Shown: positions 7,715-16,431 of the stretch, piece after piece
How positions within the stretch are numbered: the first letter of the stretch is position 1
Layout: every line of letters begins with the position of its first letter
DNA from: Elusimicrobiota bacterium
GTDB taxonomy: Bacteria > Elusimicrobiota > UBA8919
Direction: 5' to 3'
Length of the DNA stretch: 34,525 bases
NCBI GenBank assembly: GCA_003452965.1
Contig: DMMW01000010.1
Span: forward strand, 1 to 34,525
The notes under the pieces: generated by a model
Databases searched by the model: none
What the model was told of the DNA's origin: nothing
The model's input: the letters and a program-made list of their open reading frames with translations, nothing else
Made by a program: the position numbers and the translations under genes

Positions 7715-7926
7715 AGCTCCATCCCGATAACAATCGGGATTATAACATTTACCATAAGATTTTAAGGAGCGGAATCCGGCCCGTCAAGGCTTCGGCCTTG
7801 GCTGGCTGCAGGATGAAGCTCCATCCCGATAACAATCGGGATTATAACATTTACCATAAGATTTTAAGGAGCGGAATCCGGCCCGTCAAGGCTTCGGCCT
7901 TGGCTGGCTGCAGGATGAAGCTCCAT
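7712..7926 (+). repeat. Perfect 102-bp tandem duplication (7712-7813, 7814-7915) plus an 11-nt third start; each unit carries two hairpins
   Basis: The two units are identical by direct reading. Hairpin A is atcccgat-aaca-atcgggat (7721-7740 and 7823-7842). Hairpin B is caaggc-ttcg-gccttg (7785-7800 and 7887-7902), a C(UUCG)G tetraloop on the + strand. The array begins at the stop codon of the upstream gene. Confidence 0.95.
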
Positions 7927-8000
7927 TCTGTGTGGCGAGACAAGTTGCATTGGGAATGGGTAAGATGAAGTTTTACAATCATAAAAAAGGAATGAAAATT

Positions 8001-8954
8001 ATGGATTTTCAAAAACCAAAGGTTGCAATAATCGGTGCAGGAAGTGTCGGTAGTACATTTGCTTTCAGTTTGATGAATAGCGGCCTGTCAAGAGAAATTG
8101 TTCTAATTGATAGGAATGCATTACGTGCAAAAGGTGAATGCATGGATTTGAATCATGGGATAAGTTTCACTCAACCTGCAAAAATTTATTCAGCGGGATA
8201 TGAAGGTTGTGAAAATGCAGATGTTATAGTTATAACGGCAGGAGCTAAACAAATTCCGGGTCAGTCAAGAATAGATTTGGTGCAACAAAATACCGAAATA
8301 TTCAAGGATATAATTCCTAAAATAATAAAATATGCCAAAGATGCGGTAATTTTAGTTGTTTCAAATCCGGTAGATATATTAACATATGTAACTTTGAAAA
8401 TTTCCGGATTTCCTTCAAATAGAGTAATAGGCTCCGGGACTGTCTTGGATACAGCAAGATTCAAATATTTAATTAGTGAACATTGCGGGATAGATTCAAG
8501 AAATATTCATGCTTATGTTATTGGTGAACATGGAGACACAGAACTTCCCGTGTTAAGCAATGCAAACATTGGCGGAATGGTATTGTCAAAATATTGTGCA
8601 ATATGTTCCAGACATTGCGACAATAGTAGGAGCGAATTGGAAAAGATATTCAGTGAGGTTAAAAATGCTGCTTACAAAATAATTGAAGCAAAAGGTGCGA
8701 CCTATTACGCTGTTGCCTTGGCATTAGTCAAGATAACGGGCTCAATATTAAGAAATGAGAATTCTATTTTACCGGTTTCAACTCTAATTAATGATTATTA
8801 CAACATCTCTAATATATGTCTCAGTATTCCGGCTATAGTTAATAAAAACGGTGTTGAAAAATTTTTAAGAATAGAATTATCAGAACAGGAACAAACACAG
8901 CTTAAAAGTTCTGCAGATTCATTAAAAGAAATATTAGAAAAAATTAAGTTCTAA
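8001..8954 (+). CDS. ldh: L-lactate dehydrogenase
   Basis: KVAIIGAGSVGS NAD-binding fold, VITAGAKQ..GQSRIDL, SNPVDIL and the IGEHGD catalytic His region. The start is chosen at 8001 (AGGA 9 nt upstream). An alternative ATG lies at 7992. Confidence 0.9.
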   Translation: MDFQKPKVAIIGAGSVGSTFAFSLMNSGLSREIVLIDRNALRAKGECMDLNHGISFTQPAKIYSAGYEGCENADVIVITAGAKQIPGQSRIDLVQQNTEIFKDIIPKIIKYAKDAVILVVSNPVDILTYVTLKISGFPSNRVIGSGTVLDTARFKYLISEHCGIDSRNIHAYVIGEHGDTELPVLSNANIGGMVLSKYCAICSRHCDNSRSELEKIFSEVKNAAYKIIEAKGATYYAVALALVKITGSILRNENSILPVSTLINDYYNISNICLSIPAIVNKNGVEKFLRIELSEQEQTQLKSSADSLKEILEKIKF

Positions 8955-8964
8955 TTTGTTGTTC

Positions 8965-8993
8965 TTGACATACTTTACGAGACGGTATATAAT
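8965..8993 (+). promoter_or_regulatory. Consensus sigma70-type promoter TTGACA-17-TATAAT upstream of otsA
   Basis: TTGACA at 8965-8970 and TATAAT at 8988-8993 with exact 17-nt spacing, about 60 nt upstream of the otsA ATG. Confidence 0.55.
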
Positions 8994-9052
8994 TAAAGGT
9001 GTTCCAACCTCTATACTCTATATGCTAATCTCTGTTGTTATTAGGAGGCAAA

Positions 9053-10516
9053 ATGTGGGATAAGAATGTTCTGCAAGATTTAATGAAGGAAAAATTGGCA
9101 AAATATAAATTTATTATAGTTTCCAATAGACAGCCTTATGTTTTTGATTATGTTGGAAGAAAAGTTAAATGTACAAAAACTATAGGTGGTTTGGTAACAG
9201 CAATGGATCCCGTAATGCAGGCCTCAGAAGGTGTATGGGTAGCTGCTTCTTCAGGTGATGCCGATAACAGTGTTATTGACAAAAATAATATTGTAAAAGT
9301 TCCTCCTGAAAAATCTGCATATTCAATGAAATTGATAAATCTAACAAAAAATGAAGAACAAGGTTATTATTACGGTTATTCAAATCAGGCATTATGGCCG
9401 TTAAGTCATATTGCGTATCGTCAGCCCAATTTTATGCATTCCGATTGGGAGACTTATAAAAATGTAAATAAAAGATTTGCAGAAAGTGTTCTGGAATTGT
9501 TTGATGATAAGCAGCCTTTTATTTGGTTACAGGATTATCATTTAACTCTTTGTGCAAAATACATAAAAGAAAAAAAACCGGAAGCGGTGAGTTCCCTTTT
9601 TTGGCATATACCATGGCCAAATCCGGAAGTTTTCAGAGTATGTCCTCAGAAAACTGAAATTTTAGAGGGATTGTTAGCGAATGATTTATTGGGTTTTCAT
9701 ATCAAATATCATTGTCATAATTTTCTTGAAACATGTGAAATTGAATTAGAATCAAAAGTTGACTGGGAAGAATCAGCAGTAACGTATAAGGGACATAAGA
9801 CTTTAATTAAAGATTTTCCTATAAGTGTGGATTTTGAATCATTGTCTGAAATGGCTGGTAGTGCAGATGTTACTAAAAAGGTCGAGGATTTGTCTTTTGA
9901 AATAGACCCTCCGTATGAAATTCTTGCACTGAGTATTGACAGAGTTGATTATACAAAAGGTATAATTGAAAAAATTCGGGCTGTAGATAAATTTTTAGAA
10001 AAATATCCTGAATACCATAAAAAATTCGTTTTTTTTCAAAAGGGTGCGCTTAGCAGATTACATATTAAGGCATATAAGGAATTAATAGATGAAATTCAAG
10101 CGTTGACTGAGGAAATAAACTGGAAATATCGTTCCGGCAATTGGTATCCGATTGTGCTTTTAAACAAGAAAATTGATTATACAACGCATATCGCTTTATA
10201 TCGGGCATGCGATTTGTGTTTGGTAGGTTCTCTTCATGATGGAATGAATTTGGTTGCAAAAGAATTTATCTCTGCTAATGTTGATATAAAAGGCATTCTA
10301 ATGTTATCAAAATTCACAGGTGCCGCTAGGGAACTGAAAGATGCTGTTCTGGTAAATCCGTACGATACCGAAGGTTTTGCTGATGCTATAAAAATGGCGA
10401 TTGAAATTCCGCCCAATGAAAAAAAGGAACAGATAAAAAGGATGCGCGAACATATTCAAGAAAACAATATTTATAAGTGGGCTGGCAAGTTTATAAGCAC
10501 ATTAATAAAAATATAA
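9053..10516 (+). CDS. otsA: Trehalose-6-phosphate synthase (GT20)
   Basis: IVSNRQPY, NQALWPLSH, WLQDYHL, FWHIPWP, DRVDYTKGI and HDGMNLVAKEF. GGAGG lies before the ATG at 9053. Confidence 0.9.
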   Translation: MWDKNVLQDLMKEKLAKYKFIIVSNRQPYVFDYVGRKVKCTKTIGGLVTAMDPVMQASEGVWVAASSGDADNSVIDKNNIVKVPPEKSAYSMKLINLTKNEEQGYYYGYSNQALWPLSHIAYRQPNFMHSDWETYKNVNKRFAESVLELFDDKQPFIWLQDYHLTLCAKYIKEKKPEAVSSLFWHIPWPNPEVFRVCPQKTEILEGLLANDLLGFHIKYHCHNFLETCEIELESKVDWEESAVTYKGHKTLIKDFPISVDFESLSEMAGSADVTKKVEDLSFEIDPPYEILALSIDRVDYTKGIIEKIRAVDKFLEKYPEYHKKFVFFQKGALSRLHIKAYKELIDEIQALTEEINWKYRSGNWYPIVLLNKKIDYTTHIALYRACDLCLVGSLHDGMNLVAKEFISANVDIKGILMLSKFTGAARELKDAVLVNPYDTEGFADAIKMAIEIPPNEKKEQIKRMREHIQENNIYKWAGKFISTLIKI

Positions 10517-10536
10517 AAGCGGGCTATAGCACATAT

Positions 10537-12009
10537 ATGATTAAATTAATAAAAAAAATGTCTTTTAAATTAAAATTGATTATAATTATTTCTTTTATAA
10601 ATATTTTGGTTATATCTATTATTTCATATATAAGCATGCTCCACATGGAAAGAAGTTTAAAAGAGAGAATGGAATTAAGAACCAAGGTGATTGTTGATGT
10701 AATAGTACATAGCATTGATGACGAGACAAAATTAAAACGAGAGGTAATAGAAGAATATTCTAACTTTATTATCAATGAACGGGAGATACAATATATAGCA
10801 TTTTTTGATAAAAGAAATAATTTAATAAGTATAGCCGGTGAACGTGGAAAAACTGAAATTAAATTTGTTACAGAAAATATATTTGATATGCAAGATAATA
10901 TATACGATGTTTACGGGGAGATAATAGGAAAAAATAAAATAAAAATAGGTTCTATAATAGTAGGATTCCCGATTACAAAGCTGAAGCAGGCAATTAATAA
11001 AGGAGTAGTAACAAGTATAATATTATGGTTAATAGCTATCGTCGTGATAATGATTTTTAATTATTCAAGTTTAACATATTTTTTACGACCTATCAGAGAT
11101 TTATTTCGTGCAGCTGAATGTGTTTCCAAAAGGGACTTTAATTGCAAGATACCTGTTTATAATGCTGATGAAATCGGAAAAATATCAGAACAATTTAATC
11201 TTATGATAGTTGAATTAGAATCTTTTTATAATTCACTTGAGGAAAAAGTTAAAATAGCAACTAATGGATTAGAAGCATCAAATGAAAAATTAAAAGAGAA
11301 AACAAAAGAGTTGGAAGAAATGGATAAAAGGAAAACAGAGTTTGTTTCCATTGTCGCCCATGATTTAAGGTCGCCTCTTACTTCAATGATGGGTTTTGCG
11401 GATACATTAAACAATGAAAATTTAAATTTAAGCGAACAAGACAAAAAAAGATATATAAATATAATACGCACTGAAACGCGGCGACTATCAAAGCTAATTT
11501 CAAATTTCCTTGATATATCTTTAATTGAAGAAAACAAAATTGTTATGGATGCTGAAAAAACAGATTTAGAAGAATTAATTAATGATGTGCTTAATTCTAT
11601 GAGCGAAAACATAATAAAAGGGATAAGAATATCGCTTGAAGTTGGAGAAGATATTCCTCAAATTTATATGGACAGAGATAGAATAATTCAAGTTTTACAG
11701 AATCTCATTATCAATGCATTAAAATATTCACCTGAGATGTCTGAGATTAAAATTATAGCCAAAAGGTTTCCCGATGAAGTAAGGATAAGTGTAATAGACC
11801 AAGGTCCTGGAATACCGGACAGGCAAAAAGAAAAAATATTTAATAAATTTAGCAAATTGAGTGAACAAAAAGCAAAAAAGGAGTCTGGAATAGGTTTAGG
11901 ATTGTTCATAGCAAAATCTATTGTTAATCTGCATGGTGGCAAAATATGGGTTGAAGATGCTGAAAATAAAGGCAGTAATTTTTCATTTACATTGCCAATA
12001 AAGGAATAA
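10537..12009 (+). CDS. Membrane sensor histidine kinase (2 TM, extracytoplasmic domain, HAMP, HisKA, HATPase_c); no cognate response regulator in the window
   Basis: H-box FVSIVAHDLRSPL, N-box NLIINALKYS, G1 DQGPGIP and G2 GIGLGLFIAKS. HAMP-like ADEIGKISEQFNLM follows the second TM. Confidence 0.85.
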   Translation: MIKLIKKMSFKLKLIIIISFINILVISIISYISMLHMERSLKERMELRTKVIVDVIVHSIDDETKLKREVIEEYSNFIINEREIQYIAFFDKRNNLISIAGERGKTEIKFVTENIFDMQDNIYDVYGEIIGKNKIKIGSIIVGFPITKLKQAINKGVVTSIILWLIAIVVIMIFNYSSLTYFLRPIRDLFRAAECVSKRDFNCKIPVYNADEIGKISEQFNLMIVELESFYNSLEEKVKIATNGLEASNEKLKEKTKELEEMDKRKTEFVSIVAHDLRSPLTSMMGFADTLNNENLNLSEQDKKRYINIIRTETRRLSKLISNFLDISLIEENKIVMDAEKTDLEELINDVLNSMSENIIKGIRISLEVGEDIPQIYMDRDRIIQVLQNLIINALKYSPEMSEIKIIAKRFPDEVRISVIDQGPGIPDRQKEKIFNKFSKLSEQKAKKESGIGLGLFIAKSIVNLHGGKIWVEDAENKGSNFSFTLPIKE

Positions 12010-12013
12010 AGTA

Positions 12014-13417
12014 GTGTTTAGAAAATATTTTCCGAAAGAAATAAAAATAAAACAAAGAGTTTTTGAACAGAGTATTCTAATAGCAAGTATCGTAAAATGG
12101 ACTTTATTGGCGATAATAATAGGAACTGTTGTAGGATTTTCTACCGGACTATTTTTATTTTCTTTGGATATTACAATTAGTTTTTTTAATAGATTTAATT
12201 ATTATTTTTTTATTTTACCAATAATTATTTTACTTATTGCCATAACAATAAGGAATATTTCTCCTGAATCGGAGGGACATGGCACAGAAAAAGTTATAGA
12301 ATCTATTCATAAAACACACGGACAAATTTCTTGGAAGGTTATACCCATCAAAGCCATAACTTCGATTCTTACTATTACTTTCGGAGGTTCGGTAGGTAAG
12401 GAAGGCCCTTGCGCACAGATAGGGGGTGGAATAGCTTCTTTATTCTCAAACATTTTAAAATTTCATCCAATTGACCGTAAAAAACTTGTAATTTGTGGAA
12501 TAAGTGCCGGTTTTGCTGCCGTTTTTGGAACTCCTATTGCTGGTGCGCTTTTCGGTGTTGAGGTTTTGTTCATAGGACAGATTTTTTATGAAGTATTATA
12601 TCCGTCTTTCATTGCTGGAATTGTGGGTTTTCAAACCTGCAGATTATTCGGTATAACATATTTCACACATCCGATAAATCTTGTCCCTAAATTTACTGAT
12701 TTATTTTTATTAAAAGTAGTTGCTTTTTCAATTCTTATTGGTTTGGTTGCATATTTATTCATTGAGACATTAAATTTCACCCATAAAAAGTTCAAAAAGA
12801 TTCCTTATAAAAAGAGAGCTATATTAGGTGGTTTATTAGTTGTATTTATTGTACAGGTTACTTCTCGGAGATATCTTGGACTTGGATTGGATACTATAGC
12901 GCAAGCTATCAATGGTGAACATATACCTAAACTTGCTTTTTTGTGGAAGACAATAGTAACATCTATTACATTGTCATGTGGCGGTAGTGGTGGGATTGTG
13001 ACTCCTATTTTTTACGTAGGTGCTGCAAGCGGGAACTTGTTTGCAAGGATATTTAATTTTGATTTAGGTACATTTTCAGCAATTGGTATGACATCTCTTC
13101 TTGCTGCCTGCACAAATACACCAATTGCCTCATCAGTTATGGCGATAGAGTTATTTGGACCCAAAGTGGGTATTTATTCTGCGATTTGTTCAATTATTAG
13201 TTTTACTATAGTTGGCTACAGGTCTGTATATCCAAGCCAAATATTAGGTGTTCTAAAAAGCCAGAGTTTCAAGGTGGAATTAAATAAAGAAATTAAGGAT
13301 GTAGAAAGCACGGAACAATTCAAGATGTTTTCACAACGAAATACATTAACACATATTATAATATCAATATATTTAAAGATAAAAAAATGTAGATTATTCA
13401 TGAAAAAAAAGAAATGA
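12014..13417 (+). CDS. ClC-family voltage-gated chloride channel / H+-Cl- antiporter
   Basis: GGSVGKEGP, FGTPIAGALFGVE and GGSGGIVTPIFYVGA, with multiple TM helices. GTG start with AAGGA 8 nt upstream, and no internal Met for over 100 aa. Confidence 0.85.
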   Translation: MFRKYFPKEIKIKQRVFEQSILIASIVKWTLLAIIIGTVVGFSTGLFLFSLDITISFFNRFNYYFFILPIIILLIAITIRNISPESEGHGTEKVIESIHKTHGQISWKVIPIKAITSILTITFGGSVGKEGPCAQIGGGIASLFSNILKFHPIDRKKLVICGISAGFAAVFGTPIAGALFGVEVLFIGQIFYEVLYPSFIAGIVGFQTCRLFGITYFTHPINLVPKFTDLFLLKVVAFSILIGLVAYLFIETLNFTHKKFKKIPYKKRAILGGLLVVFIVQVTSRRYLGLGLDTIAQAINGEHIPKLAFLWKTIVTSITLSCGGSGGIVTPIFYVGAASGNLFARIFNFDLGTFSAIGMTSLLAACTNTPIASSVMAIELFGPKVGIYSAICSIISFTIVGYRSVYPSQILGVLKSQSFKVELNKEIKDVESTEQFKMFSQRNTLTHIIISIYLKIKKCRLFMKKKK

Positions 13418-13476
13418 AATATTTTTTTAAAGAATTAGGAAAAATAAAAGGGTACAAAATATTAAGAAAATTATGA
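13414..13476 (+). pseudogene. Duplicated, truncated 5' end of otsB (MKYFFKELGKIKGYKILRKL*)
   Basis: A 37-nt exact match, 13412-13448 = 13701-13737. Its ATG overlaps the ClC stop (ATGA), as expected for the ancestral ClC/otsB junction. Confidence 0.8.
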
Positions 13477-13649
13477 AAAATCATGGTTTTTCACTAGACG
13501 CGATATTTTCATCAAGGCATGCCTTGATGAACGGCTCAAAAAACACTAAAATTTCAAAACTCACTTGCTATGCTCGTTCAGACAGTTGAAATTTTTTAAC
13601 GGTTTTTTATCGCCTAAATATCGCTATATCGTTCAAAACCAGATTTTTC
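13475..13649. mobile_element. 175-bp non-coding element with imperfect ~35-nt terminal inverted repeats and two internal hairpins (MITE-like or structured RNA)
   Basis: The left end gaaaaatcatggtttt...gcgatattt matches the reverse complement of the right end, gaaaaatctggtttt...gcgatattt. Internal features are the 22-bp perfect palindrome tcatcaaggcatgccttgatga (13509-13530) and the pair aaaatttcaa/ttgaaatttt (13548-13605). Confidence 0.5.
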
Positions 13650-13702
13650 GATAATGTAATTATTCTTGAAAGATGTGAATTATTTTTTAAAAAAAATAAA
13701 AA

Positions 13703-14473
13703 ATGAAATATTTTTTTAAAGAATTAGGAAAAATAAAGAAAAAAATAAAAGGATATAAAATATTACTCTGCCTGGATTATGATGGTACTCTAACCCCCAT
13801 AGTTAAAAAGCCAGAATATGCCAAACTCGGGCAAAACATTAAGCATGCTTTAGAAAACATTAAAAGTAATAAAAATATTATATTGGCTATAATATCAGGC
13901 AGGACTTTATCAGGAATAAAAAAATTAGTCAATCTTAGAAATGTTATTTATGCAGGCAATCACGGTTTTGAAATAGAGATAGGCAGGGATGTTTTTATCC
14001 ATCGGGGACTCAAGGAAGCTATTCCGATAATCAGCAAAATAAAAAAAGCGATAAGTAAAAAAATAAAAGGAATACGGGGTGCATTTATTGAGGATAAAGA
14101 ATTTACATTAAGCATTCATTGGCGGTTGGTCAAAAAAAAATATTTAAATAAGTTGTTTCTAATAATTAAAAATATTATACATAATAATAGTAAAATAAGA
14201 TTAACCATAGGTAAAAAGGTATGGGAAATCAGGCCTAATATTGCTTGGGATAAGGGTAAAGCCGTTGAATTAATATATTCAAAAGTAAATAAAAATAATA
14301 ATTTAAAAATCATATATATAGGTGATGATACAACTGATGAAGATGCTTTCTCGGTATTGAAAAAAGAAATAACAATAAAAATCGGTAAATCAAATAAGTC
14401 AAAAGCAAAATATTATTTAAAAAAACAATCAGAAATAAAAAATATTCTCAATTTATTGAGTAATATAGGCTGA
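13703..14473 (+). CDS. otsB: Trehalose-6-phosphate phosphatase (HAD-IIB)
   Basis: LCLDYDGTLTP (DxDGT), ISGR, and the WDKG...YIGDDTTDEDAF motif. Confidence 0.85.
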   Translation: MKYFFKELGKIKKKIKGYKILLCLDYDGTLTPIVKKPEYAKLGQNIKHALENIKSNKNIILAIISGRTLSGIKKLVNLRNVIYAGNHGFEIEIGRDVFIHRGLKEAIPIISKIKKAISKKIKGIRGAFIEDKEFTLSIHWRLVKKKYLNKLFLIIKNIIHNNSKIRLTIGKKVWEIRPNIAWDKGKAVELIYSKVNKNNNLKIIYIGDDTTDEDAFSVLKKEITIKIGKSNKSKAKYYLKKQSEIKNILNLLSNIG

Positions 14474-14484
14474 TAATATATTTT

Positions 14485-15132
14485 ATGAATAATCCGTTTA
14501 TTTTCTTTACACGTTTCAATCTCACCGAGCTTTTAGGGATAAAGGCAAAGAACATAATAGAACTTCTTGAAGGCATTAAATCTGTTCCGGGTTCATCCAT
14601 TTATTTTCATACGCACAGATATATTCAGCAGCACCATTTTTTATCTCCCGAGCCACCGAATGATTTTGCCTATTGGGTTACAAATATTTTACAGGAAGAT
14701 AAACTTGGCGAGCGGTTGGCATCAATTGATATAATACAATTCAAAAAAATTTCAGATATTAGAGAAATATTTATTACAATAATAGAACAATACATAAACA
14801 GAAATCCGTCAAGCAGACAAGCATATGAAGGGGAACAGTTCCACTTTATGAAATCAATCTCATTTATAATGAAAACCCAATATTCTGCAAAGGATTTGAA
14901 GGAATTTCTCGAAATTGTAAAAAAAGTATCTATACACTCCATATATTTCCATATGTTTGAAGCGCGGCTTCGTCTTGAAAAAGTGGAAAATGATTTTTCG
15001 TACTGGATGACAACTGAGTTAAGAGAGGGGGATTTAGCGGATAAGATATCAAAACTGGACCCATATACTCAAACATTGGAATCATTAAGAAATGAAATAA
15101 TATTTTTGATTGAAAAGAGAATAAATGGCTAA
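14485..15132 (+). CDS. Conserved-looking hypothetical protein built from two homologous half-repeats
   Basis: SIYFHTHRY...PNDFAYWVTNILQEDKLGERLASID compares with SIYFHMFEA...ENDFSYWMTTELREGDLADKISKLD. The gene overlaps the treT-like start by 8 nt. Confidence 0.6.
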   Translation: MNNPFIFFTRFNLTELLGIKAKNIIELLEGIKSVPGSSIYFHTHRYIQQHHFLSPEPPNDFAYWVTNILQEDKLGERLASIDIIQFKKISDIREIFITIIEQYINRNPSSRQAYEGEQFHFMKSISFIMKTQYSAKDLKEFLEIVKKVSIHSIYFHMFEARLRLEKVENDFSYWMTTELREGDLADKISKLDPYTQTLESLRNEIIFLIEKRING

Positions 15133-16357
15133 AATAAATGATTATATTAAAATAGTAGGTGAGGATATAATAGAAGAGTTAAAAATCCTTAGTGAAAGAT
15201 TAAAAGGTAAAGTTATCCAAAATATCAATTCTACCTCTGTAGGTGGAGGTGTTGCAGAGATATTGAACAGAATAGTTCCGCTAATGAATGAACTTGGAGT
15301 GGATACCCGTTGGGATTTGATAAAAGGCGGCGAAAGATTTTTCAATATAACAAAGAGATTTCACAATACGCTGCATGGCATACCAGCCGAAATAAGCGAC
15401 GAAGAATTTGATTATTTTTTACAAGTGGAAAACGAGAACGCACAAGCGATAAATTTTTATGGCGATGTGATATTGATTCATGACCCGCAACCAATCGGGC
15501 TTATCAACAGAAAAAAAGATTTCGGTAATAATAAGAAGTGGATATGGAGATGCCATATTGACATTTCCCATCCCGAAATTAAGGTATGGGATTTTTTAAA
15601 GCAGTTTATTAATTCATACGATGCATCAATATTTTCTGCTCCGGTGTTTTCAAAGGAACTTCCCATAAAACAATTCTTAATCTCACCATCTATAGATCCG
15701 CTTTCCGATAAAAACAAAGAACTTGATGCATCTACTATTGATTCTGTTTTATATAAATATAAAATTACCAAAGATAAACCGATTATAACACAGATTTCAC
15801 GCTATGATATATTGAAAGACCCGCTTGGAGTAATAGATGCGTTCAAATTAGTACGGAAACATATTGATTGTCAATTAATACTTGCTGGAAATACAGCTAC
15901 TGATGATCCGGAACATGACAAGGTTTTAAATATGGTAAAAGAGAAAGCTGGAAATGATTCGGATATTCATATACTTGTAATAGAACCTGCAAATAATGAT
16001 ATTGAAATAAACGCTTTACAGCGTGCATCGGATATAGTTTTACAAAAATCACTTAAGGAAGGCTTCGGACTTACAGTTTCTGAAGCACTTTGGAAGAAAA
16101 AACCTGTAATTGCAGGGGCTGTTGGTGGAATTCCGCTACAAATTACGCATAAACATTCTGGAATTCTTACCCATACTGTGGAAGGAACGGCTTATTGGAT
16201 AAAACAACTCATTAATTCGCCTGAATATGCCAAAAAACTCGGTCTAAACGGGCATGAACACATAAAGAACAATTTTCTTCTAACTCGCCATATTCTCGAA
16301 TACTTTCTTTTATTCACTTCACTTTATCACAGCGGTGACATCATCCACCTTAATTAG
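15125..16357 (+). CDS. GT4 glycosyltransferase of the TreT (trehalose glycosyltransferring synthase) type
   Basis: N-terminal NSTSVGGGVAEILNRIVPLMNELGVDTRWDLIKG..FFNITKRFHNTLHG is typical of TreT-like enzymes. The C-terminal E(x7)E region is EGFGLTVSEALWKKKPVIAG. Confidence 0.75.
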   Translation: MAKINDYIKIVGEDIIEELKILSERLKGKVIQNINSTSVGGGVAEILNRIVPLMNELGVDTRWDLIKGGERFFNITKRFHNTLHGIPAEISDEEFDYFLQVENENAQAINFYGDVILIHDPQPIGLINRKKDFGNNKKWIWRCHIDISHPEIKVWDFLKQFINSYDASIFSAPVFSKELPIKQFLISPSIDPLSDKNKELDASTIDSVLYKYKITKDKPIITQISRYDILKDPLGVIDAFKLVRKHIDCQLILAGNTATDDPEHDKVLNMVKEKAGNDSDIHILVIEPANNDIEINALQRASDIVLQKSLKEGFGLTVSEALWKKKPVIAGAVGGIPLQITHKHSGILTHTVEGTAYWIKQLINSPEYAKKLGLNGHEHIKNNFLLTRHILEYFLLFTSLYHSGDIIHLN

Positions 16358-16431
16358 GGTCTGCTGAAAAACTCCATGCCTACACTAAAGCTTCGGCAGG
16401 CAGGCAGCATCCCCCTGATGAATATTCCTAT

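Noticed and set aside
2091-7926. Possibility that the heptamer array or the 102-bp repeat is a CRISPR array
   Set aside because: The heptamers are contiguous with no spacers. The 102-bp units are directly abutting and far longer than CRISPR repeats. No cas genes are present in the window.
7711-7968. 85-aa ORF (MKLHPDNNRDYNIYHKILRSG... repeated twice)
   Set aside because: It is simply the translation of the 102-bp tandem repeat. It has no RBS, its sequence is dictated by hairpins, and it overlaps the upstream stop and the ldh leader. I treat it as non-coding repeat.
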